Shown here: positions 1 through 13,074 of the stretch, in pieces
Layout of the letters: every line of letters begins with the position of its first letter
How positions within the stretch are numbered: position 1 is the first letter of the stretch
Assembly (NCBI RefSeq): GCF_001194135.2
Contig: NC_068984.1
Span: 21,387,357 to 21,451,356 of the forward strand
DNA from: Octopus bimaculoides
Taxonomy: Eukaryota
Length of the DNA: 64,000 bases
Reading direction: 5' to 3'
Position numbers and translations under genes: made by a program
The notes under the pieces: generated by a model
Databases searched by the model: none
What the model was told of the DNA's origin: nothing
Seen by the model: only the letters and a program-made list of their open reading frames with translations

Positions 1-100
1 ATATATACATGCGTGTGCATATATGTATATATATATCATCATCATCATCATCATCACGATGATGATGATGATGATGATGATATATATACATATATGCACA

Positions 101-147
<47 letters not shown>

Positions 148-589
148 CCACTAATCCACTAATCAAATTTGTACCAATATGGAATATGGATGTTAAATGA
201 TAAAAGATGAAACATGATATCCATCTTTTTTTCCCTATGCTACCATGGACTGGATGCTTTTGTTCTTCCTCTTGTGACTCACTTAATAAGGAGAAAACAG
301 GCAATCCTTGTTGTGTCTGTCTTTTTAAAATTATTCAGCTCAACTTTGTCTTTCATCCTTATCAAAATCAATAATACATACTACCAGTCAAGTACTAAGG
401 TCAATGGGTTCAATTAATTCTACCCAATTCAGAGTTTCAGATCTCCTCTGTGCTCCCTTCTATACATGGATACCCTCCTGTTCATGCACCCCTCTCACTT
501 CTTATATATATACTTAATTATGCATATGTATACACACTTACACATATACATACATACATGTTAACATAAATATATATACATATATGCAC

Positions 590-630
<41 letters not shown>

Positions 631-658
631 TATATACATACACCATACACATACATGA

Positions 659-962
659 AGGCACGTGGCTTAGTGGTTAGGGCATTTAGCTGACGATTGT
701 ATGGTCGTGAGTTCAATTCCCGGTGACATGTTGTGCCTTTGAGCAAGACAATTTATTTTAAGTTGCTTCAGTCCACTCAGCTGTATTTTAACTAGGGCCA
801 GCCTTGTCATATTCTGTGTTACGCTGAAGTTCCCAGCGAACTACATTAAAGGTACACATGTCTGTGGAGTGCTCAGCCACTTGCACGTTAATTTCACAAG
901 CAAGCTGTTCCGCTGATCGGATCAACTGGAACCCTCGTCGTCATAACTGATGGAGTACCAGT
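659..962 (+). mobile_element. tRNA-derived SINE, family C
   Basis: A-box TGGCTTAGTGG, B-box GAGTTCAATTCC, then TGTGCCTTTGAGCAAGACA central motif; inverse copy at 53190-53474. Confidence 0.8.
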
Positions 963-986
963 TCTATATATATATATATATATATA

Positions 987-1510
987 TCACCATCATCATT
1001 TAGTACCTGTTGTCGATGCTGGCATGGGTTGGACAGTTTGACCAGGGCTGGTAAGCTGAGGGGCTGCACCAGACTCCAATCTGATTTGGCATGGCTTCTA
1101 CAGCTGGATGCCCTTCCTAATGCCATCTCTGAGTGTGTAATGGGTGTTTTTAGATGCCACTGACTTGGATGCCAGTTGCATGACACCAGTATCTGTTATG
1201 ACTATGATTTCAATTGGCTTAATGGGTTTTCTTCTCAAGCACAGCATATTGCCAAAGATCTTGGTTATTTGTCATTGCTTTCGTGGGGCACTCAAAAGGT
1301 GCTTTTTACGTGCCACTGGCACGGGTGCCAGTTACGTGACACTGACAACAGCCACAACTATGATTTCACTTGGCTTGACAAGTCTTCTCAAACATGACAT
1401 ATCTCTAAAGATCTTGGTTACTAGTCATTGCCACCATGAAGCCCAGCATTTGAAGATTATGCTTCACCACCTCATCCCATGTCTTCCTGGCTCTCCTTCT
1501 TCCACAGTTT
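987..1510 (-). mobile_element. 5'-truncated RTE LINE: C-terminus plus 3' UTR ending in (GAT)n
   Basis: Reverse strand reads GRRARKTWDEVVKH...AMT...DLW, then the ubiquitous GGAAGGGCATCCAGCTGTAGAA...CATGC(T/C)AGCAT...GATGATG tail. Confidence 0.75.
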
Positions 1511-1683
1511 CCTTTATATAATCATATATACATTTGCATACATTTATACATATGTATTCATGTACATGTATATACATACATATATATATTTATATGCACA
1601 CATATTTGTGCATATGCATACATAACTACATAGACACATAAACATAACCGTATCTACATAATATATAGACATATGCAAGTATA

Positions 1684-1717
<34 letters not shown>

Positions 1718-3930
1718 CCCATGCCTAAATCTATATGGAAATATTATTTGTATTTGCTAGTCGGTTAGTCAGTACTATATATGAACATTTCCTAATTGAA
1801 TTTCTCAAAAGAAAATCCACAGGAATCTATTACCAAAATAAATTTGGTTAAGATATCTAGAAGATAATCTAATCAAAGTAATTTGTGAATATAGAAAGGC
1901 TAGTGGGCAGAACAACATTCATTTAGAATTAATAGGCCAAATAAATTACAATTGGAATCTAAGCTTAAGGTAAGGACGATGGCAAATAGTATAGTTAATA
2001 GTAACTGTTTGTCTGTCCTTGTTTGTCCCCTCTGTGTGTACCCCCTTGTGGGCAGTAAAGAAATGTAATAGTAAACTGACATAAAATATCCATTTTATCA
2101 GTCTGTTGAAGCAGAGTAAAATCTGAATGTGGTTTACATCTCTGTAGAATAATATTTTGTCAGTCATTAGTGACAGGAAGGATGTAGTCATTGTTGGTGG
2201 TAAATCCTTGTTGTCAAGCATGTTTCTGTGGATTTTGAAACCCTGGGGGCCTTTTGTTAGTAAATTTATTTTGTGGAATGAAAGAGTCATGAGTTTAATC
2301 TTTTCAGTGCTTTGCCTTCAAAGGTTTCCATATTTATGGCACAAACTGTGCTGAGATGATGGTGTAACAGTTTATATGTAGAAAATAAATTATAGGAGAA
2401 GAATTTTATTACTAAATGGTTGACATGGTCCTTAATTTTCATCGTTACAATGTAGAAGACTAGCTGTAGTTGTACAACAGTTACTGTTCTGCTATCGGTT
2501 CTGTAGGTAGTTAAATTCATTTTTTGTTGACTTCTGGAAGACTGGTAGAAAAAAGGGGAGAGATAAAGGGTAAGGGAGTCTACCTCTCTGGGTTGATAAG
2601 TAGATAGGGTAAAAGTTGTATTGTTGTGCTATGACAATTCATAACCAAAGGGAGAAAAATAGATGCTCTTCAGCTAGGCACCAAGTGACCAAAGGGATAG
2701 AACTGATTTTAGATTCCATATTTATAACTAACTTAGGTCAAGTTGAACAAAGGATTTTAACTCTGTAATCAGTCTTGCTTCAAGTTTGGCTTAAAAGGTT
2801 ACAGGCTAACAATCGACACTCAAGAATTTCCTAGTGCAAAAGCTGAGAACAGTAGGAAAAGAACTAGCAGAAAAATGTAGATTTGTTTCAAATCCTGGCT
2901 TAGAATCTAGGAAGTTATTTGTTACAATGGTAAAACTGTTAAGTCACAGAGAGATACCAGTATTAAAGTCATTCATGGTTCACCTTAAAGCTTTCTATCA
3001 GTATGCGAGAAGCAATCACTTCACTCATGAGATTTGAACCCAGAATTCAAAAAGCCACAACAGATAGCAGTACTCTAACAATTACCATCCCTGAACTGAT
3101 ATTTTATTTATTGACCATGAAAGAATAAAAGAGAAAGTTAACCATGATAGGATTTGAACTCAAAATGCAGAGAGCTGGAACAAATACTGCAAAGAATTCT
3201 CTCTACCACTCTAATGACTCTGCCAATCAGCCAATCGATAATATCGTTCAAGTTCTTTAGTAAGACAGGTTCATTAGTGAAATTAGTTTATCACAAGGTG
3301 ATTAAAAACCATACACAGATATAATTAACTTAACATAGTGAGGCATTAAATGATACAATGGAATAAGTAATTTATCATTGAGCAGTGATTATCTACACAG
3401 CAAGTTAATTAGTTTATCATAGAGTGGTGATAAACTGCATAGAGAGATAACTGTGTAACTCAGCAGATTTAAGATTGAGACTGAGTATAATTATTTTCTC
3501 TTTAGATAACAGTACTGAGGCAATAGGAAACCTGTTGAATTGCAAAGAAATGCCAGTGTTGCTTCTGTCATCGCTTATCTTGATACATTCTTGCAGTGTG
3601 TGAGGAGCAATGATATGTTATTAGTGAGATTTAAAGTCTTAAGACAAATTTCAATTCAAAACGCAAAGTATCAAGATATAGACTGCAGTAATAGTAGTAA
3701 TCCTTTATCTTTTACTTGTCTCAGTCATTCGACTGTGGCCATGCTGGGGCACTGCCTCAAAGAGTTTTTAGTTGAATGAATCAACCGCAGTACATTTTTT
3801 TTTTAAAGCCTAGCACTTATTCTAATAGTCTTTTTCTGAACTGCTAAGTTACAGGGACATAAACACACCAATCAGTTGCCAAGTGATGGTGAGGGAACAA
3901 ACACAGACACAAAAGCACACATGCAATATA

Positions 3931-4215
3931 TCATCATCATCGTTCAACGTCCGCTTTCCATGCTAGCGTGGGTTGGACGATTTGACTGAGGACTGGTGAA
4001 CCAGATGTCTACACCAGACTCCAATCTGATTTGGCAGAGTTTCTACAGCTGGATGCCCTTCCTAACGCCAACCACTCTGAGAGTGTAGTGGCTGCTTTTA
4101 CGTGCCACCCACACGAGGCCAGTCAGGCAGTACTGGCAACAGCCACGCTCAAATGGTGTATTTTATGTGCCACTTGCACAAGAGCCAGTCCAGGGGCACT
4201 GGCAACGATCTCGCT
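3931..4215 (-). mobile_element. RTE-LINE 3' UTR copy
   Basis: catcatcgttcaacgtccgctttccatgctagc...ggatgcccttcctaacgccaaccactc. Confidence 0.7.
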
Positions 4216-4773
4216 CGAAAGTCCATTACACATGCCATGGGCACAAGTGCTAGAAGGGCGACACTGGGCACAGGTGNNNNNNNNNNAAGTCCATTACACA
4301 TGCCATGGGCACAAGTGCTAGAAGGGCGACACTGGGCACAGGTGCCATCCCAATTTCGCTTTCGCTTGCTCCAACAAGTCTTCGCAAGCTGAGTTTCGTG
4401 TCCAATGAAAGAGACGACGTTGGCATGGGTGCCAGTCGTCGAATTTATATATATATATTGTCCTCGTCTAACGCTCCTCCATGTTTGTTTTCACATGGTT
4501 TCCTTGTATGTCTCCACTATCCTGTTTTTGTTCCCAGTTTTGACCCTCCATAAAATCTTAAATTTATTTTGGAAGTTATGAGAGCAACTGTCTTCGAAGA
4601 TTCATATTGTTGTTGAATGATCGAAATGAGGAGTAGATAGACAGCCAACAACTGATGAAGGGTCATTCTTTGTGTTACTTGTCCCGTTTTCAATTTTTTT
4701 ATCTCGTTGTTTTAAGTATTTAACTCACTTTAGAGTTGTTTACAGTTGGTGACGTTCTGTACCCATATATGCA

Positions 4774-4850
<77 letters not shown>

Positions 4851-5081
4851 ATATACATATATATATATTATTTATATTATATATATAGACACATGAAAGC
4901 ACCCATTACACTTTCAGAGTGGTTGCTGTTAGGAAGGGCATCTAGCTATAGAAAACCATGCCAAATCAGACTGGAGTCTGGTGCAGCCTTCCAGTGTGCT
5001 AGCCCAGTCAAATCATTCAACCCATGCTAGCATGGACAACAGACGTTAAATGATAATGATGATGATGAAGATGATGATGAT

Positions 5082-5116
<35 letters not shown>

Positions 5117-6339
5117 CTCTTCTTTCAGTTTCCATCAATCAAATCTGCTCACAAGGCTCTGGTCAGCCTGAGGCGATAGTGGAAGATACTTGCTCAAGTT
5201 GCCATACAGTGGGACTGAACCCAGAACCACATGGTTGGGAAGCAAACATCTTACCACACAACAATATAGGTAGAGAGTATTTTCTGAGTAAAAAAATAAG
5301 CAGATTAAAATATGGTAACATATCATGTTGGCATCAAGCAACACTCTAAGAATGATGCTTAGCTTCAGTTTCATTGTTTTCTCAATAAAACTGACTCATG
5401 ATTCAGATTTAATTCCTAGCTATAGTCATATAAATTCGCTTATAACACCAAAGCCATTGAGAAATACATTTCACCTATTTTAAATAAATCAGAAAATATT
5501 GTATTAAGATATTAACTATACTGTTAATGAGGCATTGTAATTCTATTGTAATATTTTTCTTGTTATTCAAAAAAAAAATCTACTTTTCCATTTTAACATT
5601 AACAAGAAGACACCATGCTGTCTTTAATAGAAAAATGTTCATATTAGCACAAAGTTAAGAAGCAAGAGTCTTTGTAGTTTGATGCTCCTCCAAAGCTATC
5701 CAGTCAAATATAATGTGGACATTGCATTTACATCCAGCTTGGTAAAAGTCAAAAGAAAAATACATCATTTATGATAACACTTTTACATTCTTTCTCTATG
5801 GATTCATAATTTTACAATTCATTCACTCTTTCATGCTTTACAATTTTATCAGTAGAAAACAAAAAATAAAGACAAACCGGTTAAAATACTGCTACATCAT
5901 CACTTGACCTACACAATCTGCTTGTTAAGTCTCTGACAGCAAACTCACCACAATCTTTATATATAGAAAATACAACTACATATTTTAAATCTTAGCATAG
6001 TAAGATCCATGATAAAGACACAATGGCTATAGATAGAAACTCTAAATTAATGCTTTGTTCAATCCATGCAATAGATTTGGTCATGCAGAACAGACTCAGT
6101 CAATCCAAAATTAATAACAAACTACGAGAAAGACAGAAAGCTTCTCTTTTCACTGTAATATATAAAATCAATTTGCTTTAATACAAAAAATCAATTTGTT
6201 TTTTCTACTCTGCTAAAAAAAGACACTAGTAGAATGTTCAGATTCTGTAACCGGAATGGTTTTGTAGTGGAACTTTATTCATACTTTGCATATATATTTG
6301 TGAGTCAACAGCTAGTATTCCTTCTGTAGCCCTTGCTGA

Positions 6340-7050
6340 CTTATGAAAGCTATACATCACACAACATCCTAAAATCCTAAAGTCTCTACTACTTCAAGTC
6401 AGCTAATTGGTCAGGTCCACATTATGTGTGTGCTGTCTATTCCTAACAGTAGTCATGTCTGACCTTTTATTCATTGAAGATCACTAAGAAGCTCATCTAA
6501 ACCATTCTCCTATGCATGTCCCTTCATGTTACTCACACAACTAAAGTTCTGTCCTCTGTACATTAGTCAAATGGGATGCCGCTTGGCCGACCAGTTTGGG
6601 GAGCACTTCCGAGACATTAGACTCTCTCCTCTCTTGCTTGACACCTACTTCCTCTCTTCACTACTACCAACCTTCTCCCTTCATCGATACCCCTTCCATC
6701 CACACCCCACCCCTACCCACCACATCCTCACACACCCTCACATCCCCACACACTAGCACCAACCACTTCCCAGCACCCACGCCATCATCCATATGCACAC
6801 ACTTACACACTCTCACATACACACACTTACACAAACACACATGCACATGTTTTATTATCTCCCCTTCTTCCTAGCTCTCTTGTCTGACTACCTTTGCCCA
6901 GCCAGTTGCCATGATTGACCGCTAACTCCAAAAGTGTTTTTAATTCCCTCTCTGTTTATTTCCTCGTGTTCCTTTCTATTGAAGAGTGTAGGCTGAAAAC
7001 AGAAAAGACTCTCACCTTCCTGAGTGTCAAACTAATACACTTGCTTGTTG
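6340..7050 (+). mobile_element. Penelope-like element remnant (GIY-YIG endonuclease and 3' end)
   Basis: CPLYISQMGCRLADQFGEHFRDIR resembles the GIY-YIG LYIGETGRxLxxRFxEH motif, followed by a pLTR-like 3' region. Confidence 0.65.
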
Positions 7051-7053
7051 TTT

Positions 7054-7295
7054 ATACAAAATTAAGACCACTAAAGCGGACACCTAATATGCTAAACATA
7101 GACATCAAATCGCCATTACCATGAAGAGTGTGTTCTCAAAAAAAAAAAATCTCAGCAGAAAGCCAAAATGTAAAAATGAGCAAAACAAGCATGATCATCA
7201 GTGTAGTCTGTCGCTTACAAAACACAATTTCTAGAACCAGATACAGAACGCTCAACCGAAATGGAGCATGTATAAAGTTCTTCACTTTGGTGTGC
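7054..7295. repeat. Inverted partial copy of the adjacent MITE interior
   Basis: Reverse complement of 7436-7791, with internal indels. Confidence 0.85.
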
Positions 7296-7372
7296 TGAGG
7301 CTGGAAATAACTCTGCAGTTAATAAATTTCAGCAGCTAATTTACCAGTTAGAGAACATTTTTATTTAAAATT

Positions 7373-7878
7373 AAATAGTAAGGGTAGAAATTGATATTAA
7401 TCAATTAAAACCAGTGGCTTAGCATATTTAAAAAAGCATGCCAAAGTGAAGACATTTGAAAAATACATCCAAATATAATTTGTAGAACTTTATACATGCT
7501 CTATTTCGGTTGAGTGTTCTGTATCTAGTTCAGAAAATTGTGTTTTGTAAGCAACAGACTACACTGATGATCATGCTGATATTTGTTTATGTAAATATTA
7601 GCAAATGAAACCATGGTATGTAGGTAATCGTTTTTATTTCATATATTTTCATTTGTCTTGCTCATTTTCACATTTTGGCTTTTTGCTGAGATTTTTTTTT
7701 GAGAACACAGTCTTCATGGAAATGGCAATTTGACATCTATGTTTAGCATATTAGGTGTCCACTTTGGTGGTCATTCCTCTTAATTTTGTATGTAATATAA
7801 GTTTTAATCTTCAGATTCTTTAAATATGCTAAGCCACTGGTTTTAATTAATTAATATCAATTTCTACCCTTATTATTT
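7373..7878. mobile_element. MITE with ~60-bp TIRs
   Basis: AAATAGTAAGGGTAGAAATTGATATTAATCAATTAAAACCAGTGGCTTAGCATATTTAAA and its reverse complement at 7817-7878. Confidence 0.8.
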
Positions 7879-7879
7879 G

Positions 7880-8103
7880 AACGTGACTGTTGCCAGTACC
7901 GCCGGACTGGCCCTCATGCCGGTGGTACATAAAAAGCATCCACTACACTCTCGGAGTGGTTGACATTAGGAAGGGCATCCGGCTGTAGAAACTCTGCCAG
8001 ATCAGATTGGAGCCTGGTGCAGCCTTCTGGTTCGCCAGTCCTCAGTGAAATCGTCCAACCCATGCTAGCATGGAAAGCAGACGTTAAACAATGATGATGA
8101 TGA
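7880..8103 (+). mobile_element. RTE-LINE 3' UTR copy
   Basis: Same tail family, ends in gatgatgatgat. Confidence 0.7.
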
Positions 8104-8725
8104 TATGTAAATATATATTTATACATATGGCAAGAAGAAAATGGAGGGAATCCTGCCAGGCAATAACCAACACTTGTGTATAAATTTGGTATTCTACCTG
8201 CAGTATGTTGGATAGACACTATCCCTTAATTGGTTGGATTCACAACCTCTAACTCTCATTGGATTATATTTATACATATATATGCATGACTGTGTGTGCA
8301 TGTGTGTGTGTTAGTGTGTACCCTTGTTTTGACATCAGATGATGATCATAAATGAGCATGTACTGTAGTTTATTTCTAGCTTTCTGTGGGAAATATGTCT
8401 GGCTTTATGAAATAGCATTTTGTTTGGAAGCAGGTGAGAGTTGATGAAGGAATGGTATCCAGCTATAGAAAATCTGCCTCGACAATTTCTGTCTTACCCA
8501 TGCCAGCATGAAAAAGTGGATGTTAAATGATGATAATGATGAAGATGATGATGATAATGATGATGCCGGTATTAAGTAGAACATCCAGTTGTAAGAACCA
8601 TGCCAAACAATGAAGAATATGACAGAGAGTCCCCACCGCACTTAAAAGAGCAGTTATCACAAAGAGAGACTGGCTAAAATCATGACAACCCATCCAACCC
8701 ACACCAGCATCAAAAGTAGAAGTAA

Positions 8726-9070
8726 AATGGTGGTGATGGTGATGATGATGATGATGGTGATGACGATGGTGATGACGATGGTGATGACGATGGTAATGAT
8801 GACGGTGATGATGACGATGATGATGACGATGGTGATGACGATGGTGATGGTGATGATGATGAGGAGGAGGAAGAGGAGGAGGAGGAGGAGGAGGTGAGTG
8901 GCACTGATGGTGATAGTGATGACAATGATGATGATGATAATGATGACAATGACAATGATGACGACGACAATGATGACGACGACAAGGACGACAGCAACAA
9001 CGACGATGATGATGATGATGATGATAATGACAATAACAATGATGACAAAATCAGTGACGAAGATGATGAT
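8726..9070. repeat. Compound trinucleotide microsatellite (GAT/GGT/GAC/GAG/AAT)
   Basis: Read directly from the sequence. Confidence 0.95.
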
Positions 9071-9510
9071 TATAAACGTGATCTGTGCTGCTGACAATGA
9101 GAGGAAGGTTATACGACTGTTCATATTATGAAGCAGTGAACTGGATGGGAACTGTGACATTTTTATCAAAAAATACTCACACACATACATATTACATCCA
9201 GATACTGTTTGGACAACACTGAAGGAGACATGAGTTTTCATATCTATGAACAAAACCTAAAAGACAAGAGAAAAGAGACAGAAGTGGTAGAGGAGGATGC
9301 TGGCACTCCAGTAACAGTTGAAGCTATTCTTGTGTGAGTGGAGTTGATGATGACAATTATGACAACAGCTATGGCAACAGTGCCAGTGATATTAGGTAAG
9401 AACTAGACAGAATACATATGTACACAGACACAGACACATATGTATATACATAGTGATACCTATAGAATTATGTGTGTATATCTCTTTATATATATATACA
9501 TATATATATA

Positions 9511-10043
9511 NNNNNNNNNNNNNNNNNNNNNNNNNNNNNNNNNNNNNNNNNNNNNNNNNNNNNNNNNNNNNNNNNNNNNNNNNNNNNNNNNNNNNNNNNN
9601 NNNNNNNNNNNNNNNNNNNNNNNNNNNNNNNNNNNNNNNNNNNNNNNNNNNNNNNNNNNNNNNNNNNNNNNNNNNNNNNNNNNNNNNNNNNNNNNNNNNN
9701 NNNNNNNNNNNNNNNNNNNNNNNNNNNNNNNNNNNNNNNNNNNNNNNNNNNNNNNNNNNNNNNNNNNNNNNNNNNNNNNNNNNNNNNNNNNNNNNNNNNN
9801 NNNNNNNNNNNNNNNNNNNNNNNNNNNNNNNNNNNNNNNNNNNNNNNNNNNNNNNNNNNNNNNNNNNNNNNNNNNNNNNNNNNNNNNNNNNNNNNNNNNN
9901 NNNNNNNNNNNNNNNNNNNNNNNNNNNNNNNNNNNNNNNNNNNNNNNNNNNNNNNNNNNNNNNNNNNNNNNNNNNNNNNNNNNNNNNNNNNNNNNNNNNN
10001 NNNNNNNNNNNNNNNNNNNNNNNNNNNNNNNNNNNNNNNNNNN
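9511..10043. other. Assembly gap (others at about 4278-4286, 17645-18444, 18949-19048, 43462-43900, 55460-55527, 56304-56332)
   Basis: Runs of N, mostly bordered by microsatellites. Confidence 1.
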
Positions 10044-10201
10044 CATCATCATCGTTTAATGTCTGCTTTCCATGCTAGCATGGGTTGGACGATTTGACTG
10101 AAGACTGGTGAAACCAGATGGCTACACCAGGCTCCAATCTGATTTGGCAGAGTTTCTACAACTGGATGCCCTTCCTAACGCCAACCACTCAGAGAGTGTA
10201 G
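10044..10201 (-). mobile_element. RTE-LINE 3' UTR copy
   Basis: Nearly identical to 63628-63786. Confidence 0.7.
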
Positions 10202-10235
<34 letters not shown>

Positions 10236-10256
10236 TGATATATATATGCACACATA

Positions 10257-11843
10257 CAATAGCGGCCGTAATATAAGGGTTAGTAAGAACAAGTTTATTG
10301 AAAGAATTATTATAGTTTACCAAAACGTTGAGACTAGATATTCTTTCACATATTTAGATGTATCAAATATCTATCTTCCGTGAAAATTTCAAGTGGAGGT
10401 AATAAATATTTTGTAAGTTATAAGGAAATAAACAAATAATCTTCCAAATTGTAGCGGCCAAAAGTTATGGGTCACTTAGAAAAAATGAACTACTAGCCAA
10501 AGTATTTATTGTTTAGAAGACTGTTAATGGGCTAACGGTTACTTCTCATGATCTTACATTATTGGAACATTCAACTGTCAACATGGCAGCTTGTGAGAAA
10601 CGACCGGTGTCCTGTGATGAAAAACAAAGGGTTGTGTGCCTTCACCAAGAGGGCAAGTCAAATGCTGCGATAGCAATTACTGTAGGAAGGTCTAGAAGTG
10701 CTGTACAACGAATTGTAGCTCGTTTAAAGTCATCAGCATTGACTGATGCTAAACCCAAAACTGGTAGACCTTGTAAAACTTCACCAAGACAGGAACGTAT
10801 TGTGGTTAGAATGTCACTGAAGGATAGGTTTAAGAGTGCTACTGAAATATTCTGCGAGCTTAGCTCCACTTCTGATGTCAACATATCACGCAAAACAGTT
10901 TCTTGGAGGTTACGAGGTTCTAGGTTGCTTGCTCGGGCACCGGCAAAGAAACCACTGATCTCCAAGAAGAATCAAAGATCTCGTCTTCGTTCGGCTCATG
11001 AACATATCATTTGGACAGAAGAACAGTAGTCGCAGGTTCATTTTAACGATGAATCAAAGTTTAATGTGACTGGTTCCGATGGTAGGATATACGTCCGATG
11101 AAGAAATGGCAAAAGGTTATCTCATGCACGTGTGAAGAAAACAATGAAGTATGGAGGAGGCAGTGTAATGGTATGGGGAGTGATCTCTGCTGGTTCTGGT
11201 TCACTTATTCGTCTACAAGCAGATTCTTAGACAGCATGCCCTTCCGATCATCGTCACTTCAACCTCCTATCTTCGTGCAGGACAACGCTCCCTGTCACAC
11301 TACAAAGAGAGTCAAAGATTTTTTGAGTGATGAAGGGGTTGATCTCGTGGACTGGCCACCTCAAAGTCCTGATCTCAACCCTATAGAAAACGTTTGGAAG
11401 ATTATTGGAGATGGAGCATGAAGGAGAAATCCAAAGAACCAAGATGAAGTCTGGGAATTATTGAAAAACGAATGAAACAATATTACTCCATCATTTTGCA
11501 AGAAATTAATTCAGTTCTGTGGTAAGAAATGTCAGGAGGTCATTAATAGTAAAGGGATGTTCATAAAATATTAATAGCAAGGGTTTCTTTTTGCTCTTGT
11601 TCCATTTTCATTGTCTTTCTAAGTGACCCTTAACTTTTGGCCATTGCAGTTTGGAAGATTATTTGTTTATTTCCTCATAACTTACAAAATATTTATTCCA
11701 TTCACTTGGAATTTTCACGAAAGATAGATATTAGATATATCTAAATATGTGTAAAACATCTAGTCTCAGTGTTTTGTAAATCTTTGATAATAAATATTTC
11801 AATACATTTGTTCTTACTGATCCTTATATTATGGCTGCTATTG
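10257..11843 (+). mobile_element. Full-length, inactivated Tc1 (DD34E) transposon with ~230-bp IR/DR-type TIRs and TA target duplication
   Basis: TA|CAATAGCGGCCG...GGCTGCTATTG|TA. Paired-like HTH (MAACEKRP...), GRP, FxDESKF, VMVWG, QDNAPCH, SPDLNPIENVW, with 34 residues between D and E. In-frame stops near 11027 and 11098 plus a frameshift. Confidence 0.95.
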
Positions 11844-12001
11844 TATGTACATACATACATATATACAAACATGCCTACATACATAGATACATACATAGAT
11901 ACATACATAGATACATACATAGATACATACATACAAACATACATACATACATAAATACATATATACATGCATGCATACATACATGCATACATATATATGT
12001 G

Positions 12002-12039
<38 letters not shown>

Positions 12040-12300
12040 AGAGAGTTAGGGGTTGCATGTATATACACACACACACATACATACATACATACATATACAC
12101 ACATAAATACATACATATATACACACACACACATATACATACACATCTGTTTATCTACCTAAATATGTATGTGTGTGTATGTGTATGTGTGTGTAAATAT
12201 ATATACATACACACACACACACACACACACATACACACATATATATATATATATATACATACATTTGCATATATATTTATGTGTGTGTGTATGTGTGTAT
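11844..12300. repeat. Compound (TACA)n/(TA)n/(CA)n microsatellite
   Basis: Read directly; one of dozens of such tracts in the window. Confidence 0.95.
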
Positions 12301-12734
12301 TGGACAGGTGGTTCTTAATAAGTATAAATATAATTAGGCAGAAAAACAGGAAAATCAGGAAAGTGTAAGTTCATAGTAGTTCTTCATAGCTAGTAGATAT
12401 CCTGAAAGTTCATACTTGAATATCATAGATGAAAGAGAGAGAAGAGGATCTGAGTAGACCTTCATAGGGGTTCTTCATGGATAGGTAGATATCTAGAGAG
12501 TTTATTGATGAATCTCATAAATAAGAGTGTGGAGAATATGGGTAATACTTGACAACTGTTACTAGGGTTTAGAGATTAGTAAGTGTAGAATTCTGTGTAC
12601 ATATTCATGAAGTAAATTGGTTTGTGATAACCCATTCAATACAACATGTTAGTATGGAAAGCAGACATAAAATGTGGATGATGAAAATGGCCGATACCAG
12701 TGTTACACGACTAGCACGTATGCCAGTGGTACAT

Positions 12735-13074
12735 GACAAGCACCTTTTGAGCATTCGGCCTCAGGGAAGCAATGACAAATGACCAAGGCTTCTGGCAATA
12801 TGCTGTGCATGAATGGAAAACTCATCAAGCCAAGTGAAATTGAATTTGTGGCAGATACTGGTGTCATGCAACTTGCACCCATGTTAGTGGCACATAAAAG
12901 CACTCATTACACTCTTGGAGTGGTTGGTATTAGGAAGGGTATCCAGCCATAGAAACTATACCAAATCAGATAGGGTATCCAGCCATTGAAACTATACCAA
13001 TCAGCTTACTAGCCCTGGTCAAGCCGTCCAGCCCATGGCAGCATGGACAAGGGATGTTAAATGATGATGATGAT
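12735..13074 (+). mobile_element. RTE LINE 3' end with (GAT)n tail
   Basis: Reverse complement of 987-1330. Confidence 0.7.

Noticed and set aside
659-725. tRNA genes (here and at the other SINE heads)
   Set aside because: A/B boxes are present, but there is no intact cloverleaf, and each continues into a SINE body.
4218-4345. 59-bp direct repeat
   Set aside because: The two copies sit either side of a short N gap; typical overlapping contig ends, so an assembly artefact.
4670-4690. CTGATGAAGG hammerhead-like half core
   Set aside because: No GAAA at a suitable distance and no supporting stems.
8657-9253. Long Ser-, Asp-, Met- and Ile-rich ORFs
   Set aside because: Translations of trinucleotide microsatellites, open in several frames on both strands.
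9181-9256. Minus-strand exon-like segment (VLFIDMKTHVSFSVVQTVSGCN) and a possible terminal exon at 6059-6121 (FVINFGLTESVLHDQIYCMD*)
   Set aside because: Good acceptors, but the strong donors are not phase-compatible with the next segment, I recognise no homolog, and no promoter is evident. Worth only an RNA-seq look.
9440-10097. ORFs spanning N gaps (also 17432-18580 and 43327-44056) and YIYI/HTHT/CVCV ORFs throughout
   Set aside because: Artefacts of gaps and dinucleotide repeats.
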